Assembly: GCF_004010195.1 (NCBI RefSeq)
Contig: NC_057750.1
Span: 12,989,369-13,053,368, forward strand
Length of the DNA: 64,000 nt
Reading direction: 5' to 3'
Source of the DNA: Chiloscyllium plagiosum
Lineage: Eukaryota
Shown: positions 62,895-64,000 of the stretch, piece after piece
Layout of the letters: every line of letters starts with the position of its first letter
Numbering within the stretch: the stretch's first letter is position 1
Notes under the pieces: generated by a model
What the model was told of the DNA's origin: nothing
Database searches by the model: none
The model's input: the letters and a program-made list of their open reading frames with translations, nothing else
Translations under genes and position numbers: made by a program

Positions 62895-63730
62895 ATTTGG
62901 AATACTGTCTGCAATTCTGGCCTCCGTGCTGTTGTGAAACTTGAAAGGGTTCAGAAAAGGTTTACAATGATGTTGGCCAGGGTTGGAGGGTTTGAGCTAC
63001 ATGGAGAGGCTGAACAGGCTGGGGCTGTTTTCCCTGGAGCGGTCGGAGGCTGAGGGGTGACCTTATAGAGGTTTATAAAATCATGAGGGGCATGGATAAG
63101 GTGAATAGACAAGGTCTTTTTCCGGGGGTGGGGGAGTCCAGAACTAGAGGGCATAGGTTTAGGGTGAGAGGGGAAAGATATAAAAGGGACCTAAGGGGCA
63201 ACCTTTTCACACAGAGGGTGGTACGTGTATGGAATGAGCTGCCAGAGGAAGTGGTGGAGGCTGGTACAATTGCAACATTTAAAAGGCATCTGGATGGGTA
63301 TATGAATAGGAAGGATTTAGAGGGATATGGGCTAAATGCTGGCAAATGGGGCTAGATTTATGAGCAGCATGGTAGCTCAGTGGTTAGCACTGCTGCCTCA
63401 CAGCATCAGGGACCCCAGCTCGATTCCAGCCTCGGGTGACTGTCTGTGTAGAGTTTGCACATTCTTCCCGTGTCTGTGTGGGTTGCCTCCCACAGTCCAA
63501 AGATGTACAGGCCAGGTGAATTGGCTATGTTAAACTGCCCATCGTGTTAGGTGTATTAGTCACGGGGAAATGGGTGTGCTACTCTCTGGAGGGTCTGGTT
63601 GGACCAAAGGGCCTGTATCCACACTTTAGGGAATCTAACCTAGAAATTAATTTAGGATATCTGGTTGGTACGGGCTAGTAGGACAAAGGGTCTGTTTTCA
63701 TGCTGTACATCTCTATGAGTTTGTGACTCT
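62895..63730 (+). mobile_element. CR1/HER1 LINE 3' end with nested HE1 (~63363-63645)
   Basis: MRGMDKVNRQGLFPGVGESRTRGHRFRVRGERYKRDLRGNLFTQRVVRVWNELPEEVVEAG. Confidence 0.92.
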
Positions 63731-64000
63731 ACAAGTGGACAGGCTGGTTAAGGTAGCCTTCAGCATGCTTGCCTTCATTGCTCGGACCTTTGAGTCTAGG
63801 GGTTAGGACGCTACGTTGAGGTTGTATTGGGTGTTGGTGAGGCCGCTTCTGCAGTTCCGGTCGCCCTGTTATAGAAAGGATATAATTAAACTGGAGAGGG
63901 TTCAGAAAAGATTTCCCAGGATGTTGCCAGGAATGGAGGGCTTGAGTTATAAGGAGAGGCTGGATAGGTAGGGTCTTTTTTTTAACTTGGAACGTCGGAG

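Overview
Repeat-dense vertebrate DNA with no recognisable host protein-coding exon, rRNA or genuine tRNA gene. The repeat content points to a cartilaginous fish, probably a shark (inference): HE1/V-SINEs, HER1/CR1 LINE 3' ends, Deu-domain SINEs, and RTE, Rex1/Babar, L2-like and Penelope-like (PLE) remnants. Most of the recognisable ORF-track entries are TE fragments or simple repeats. The main signal is four unrelated PLE-type short repeat families that all carry a minimal hammerhead-ribozyme core (CUGANGA-N-stemII-GAAA-N-NUH). Their helix I and II sequences co-vary, and helix III is palindromic and loop-less. They occur as TSD-flanked palindromic insertions, as a 211-bp tandem, and once as inverted arms plus a 13-bp TSD around ~2 kb of older non-PLE DNA. 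A TE-poor island (~29.4-37.2 kb) holds a perfect DR5 RARE next to Grainyhead-type palindromes, two local minisatellites, and displaced copies of those satellites. There are three assembly gaps. TE boundaries are approximate; family names come from recalled motifs, not database searches.
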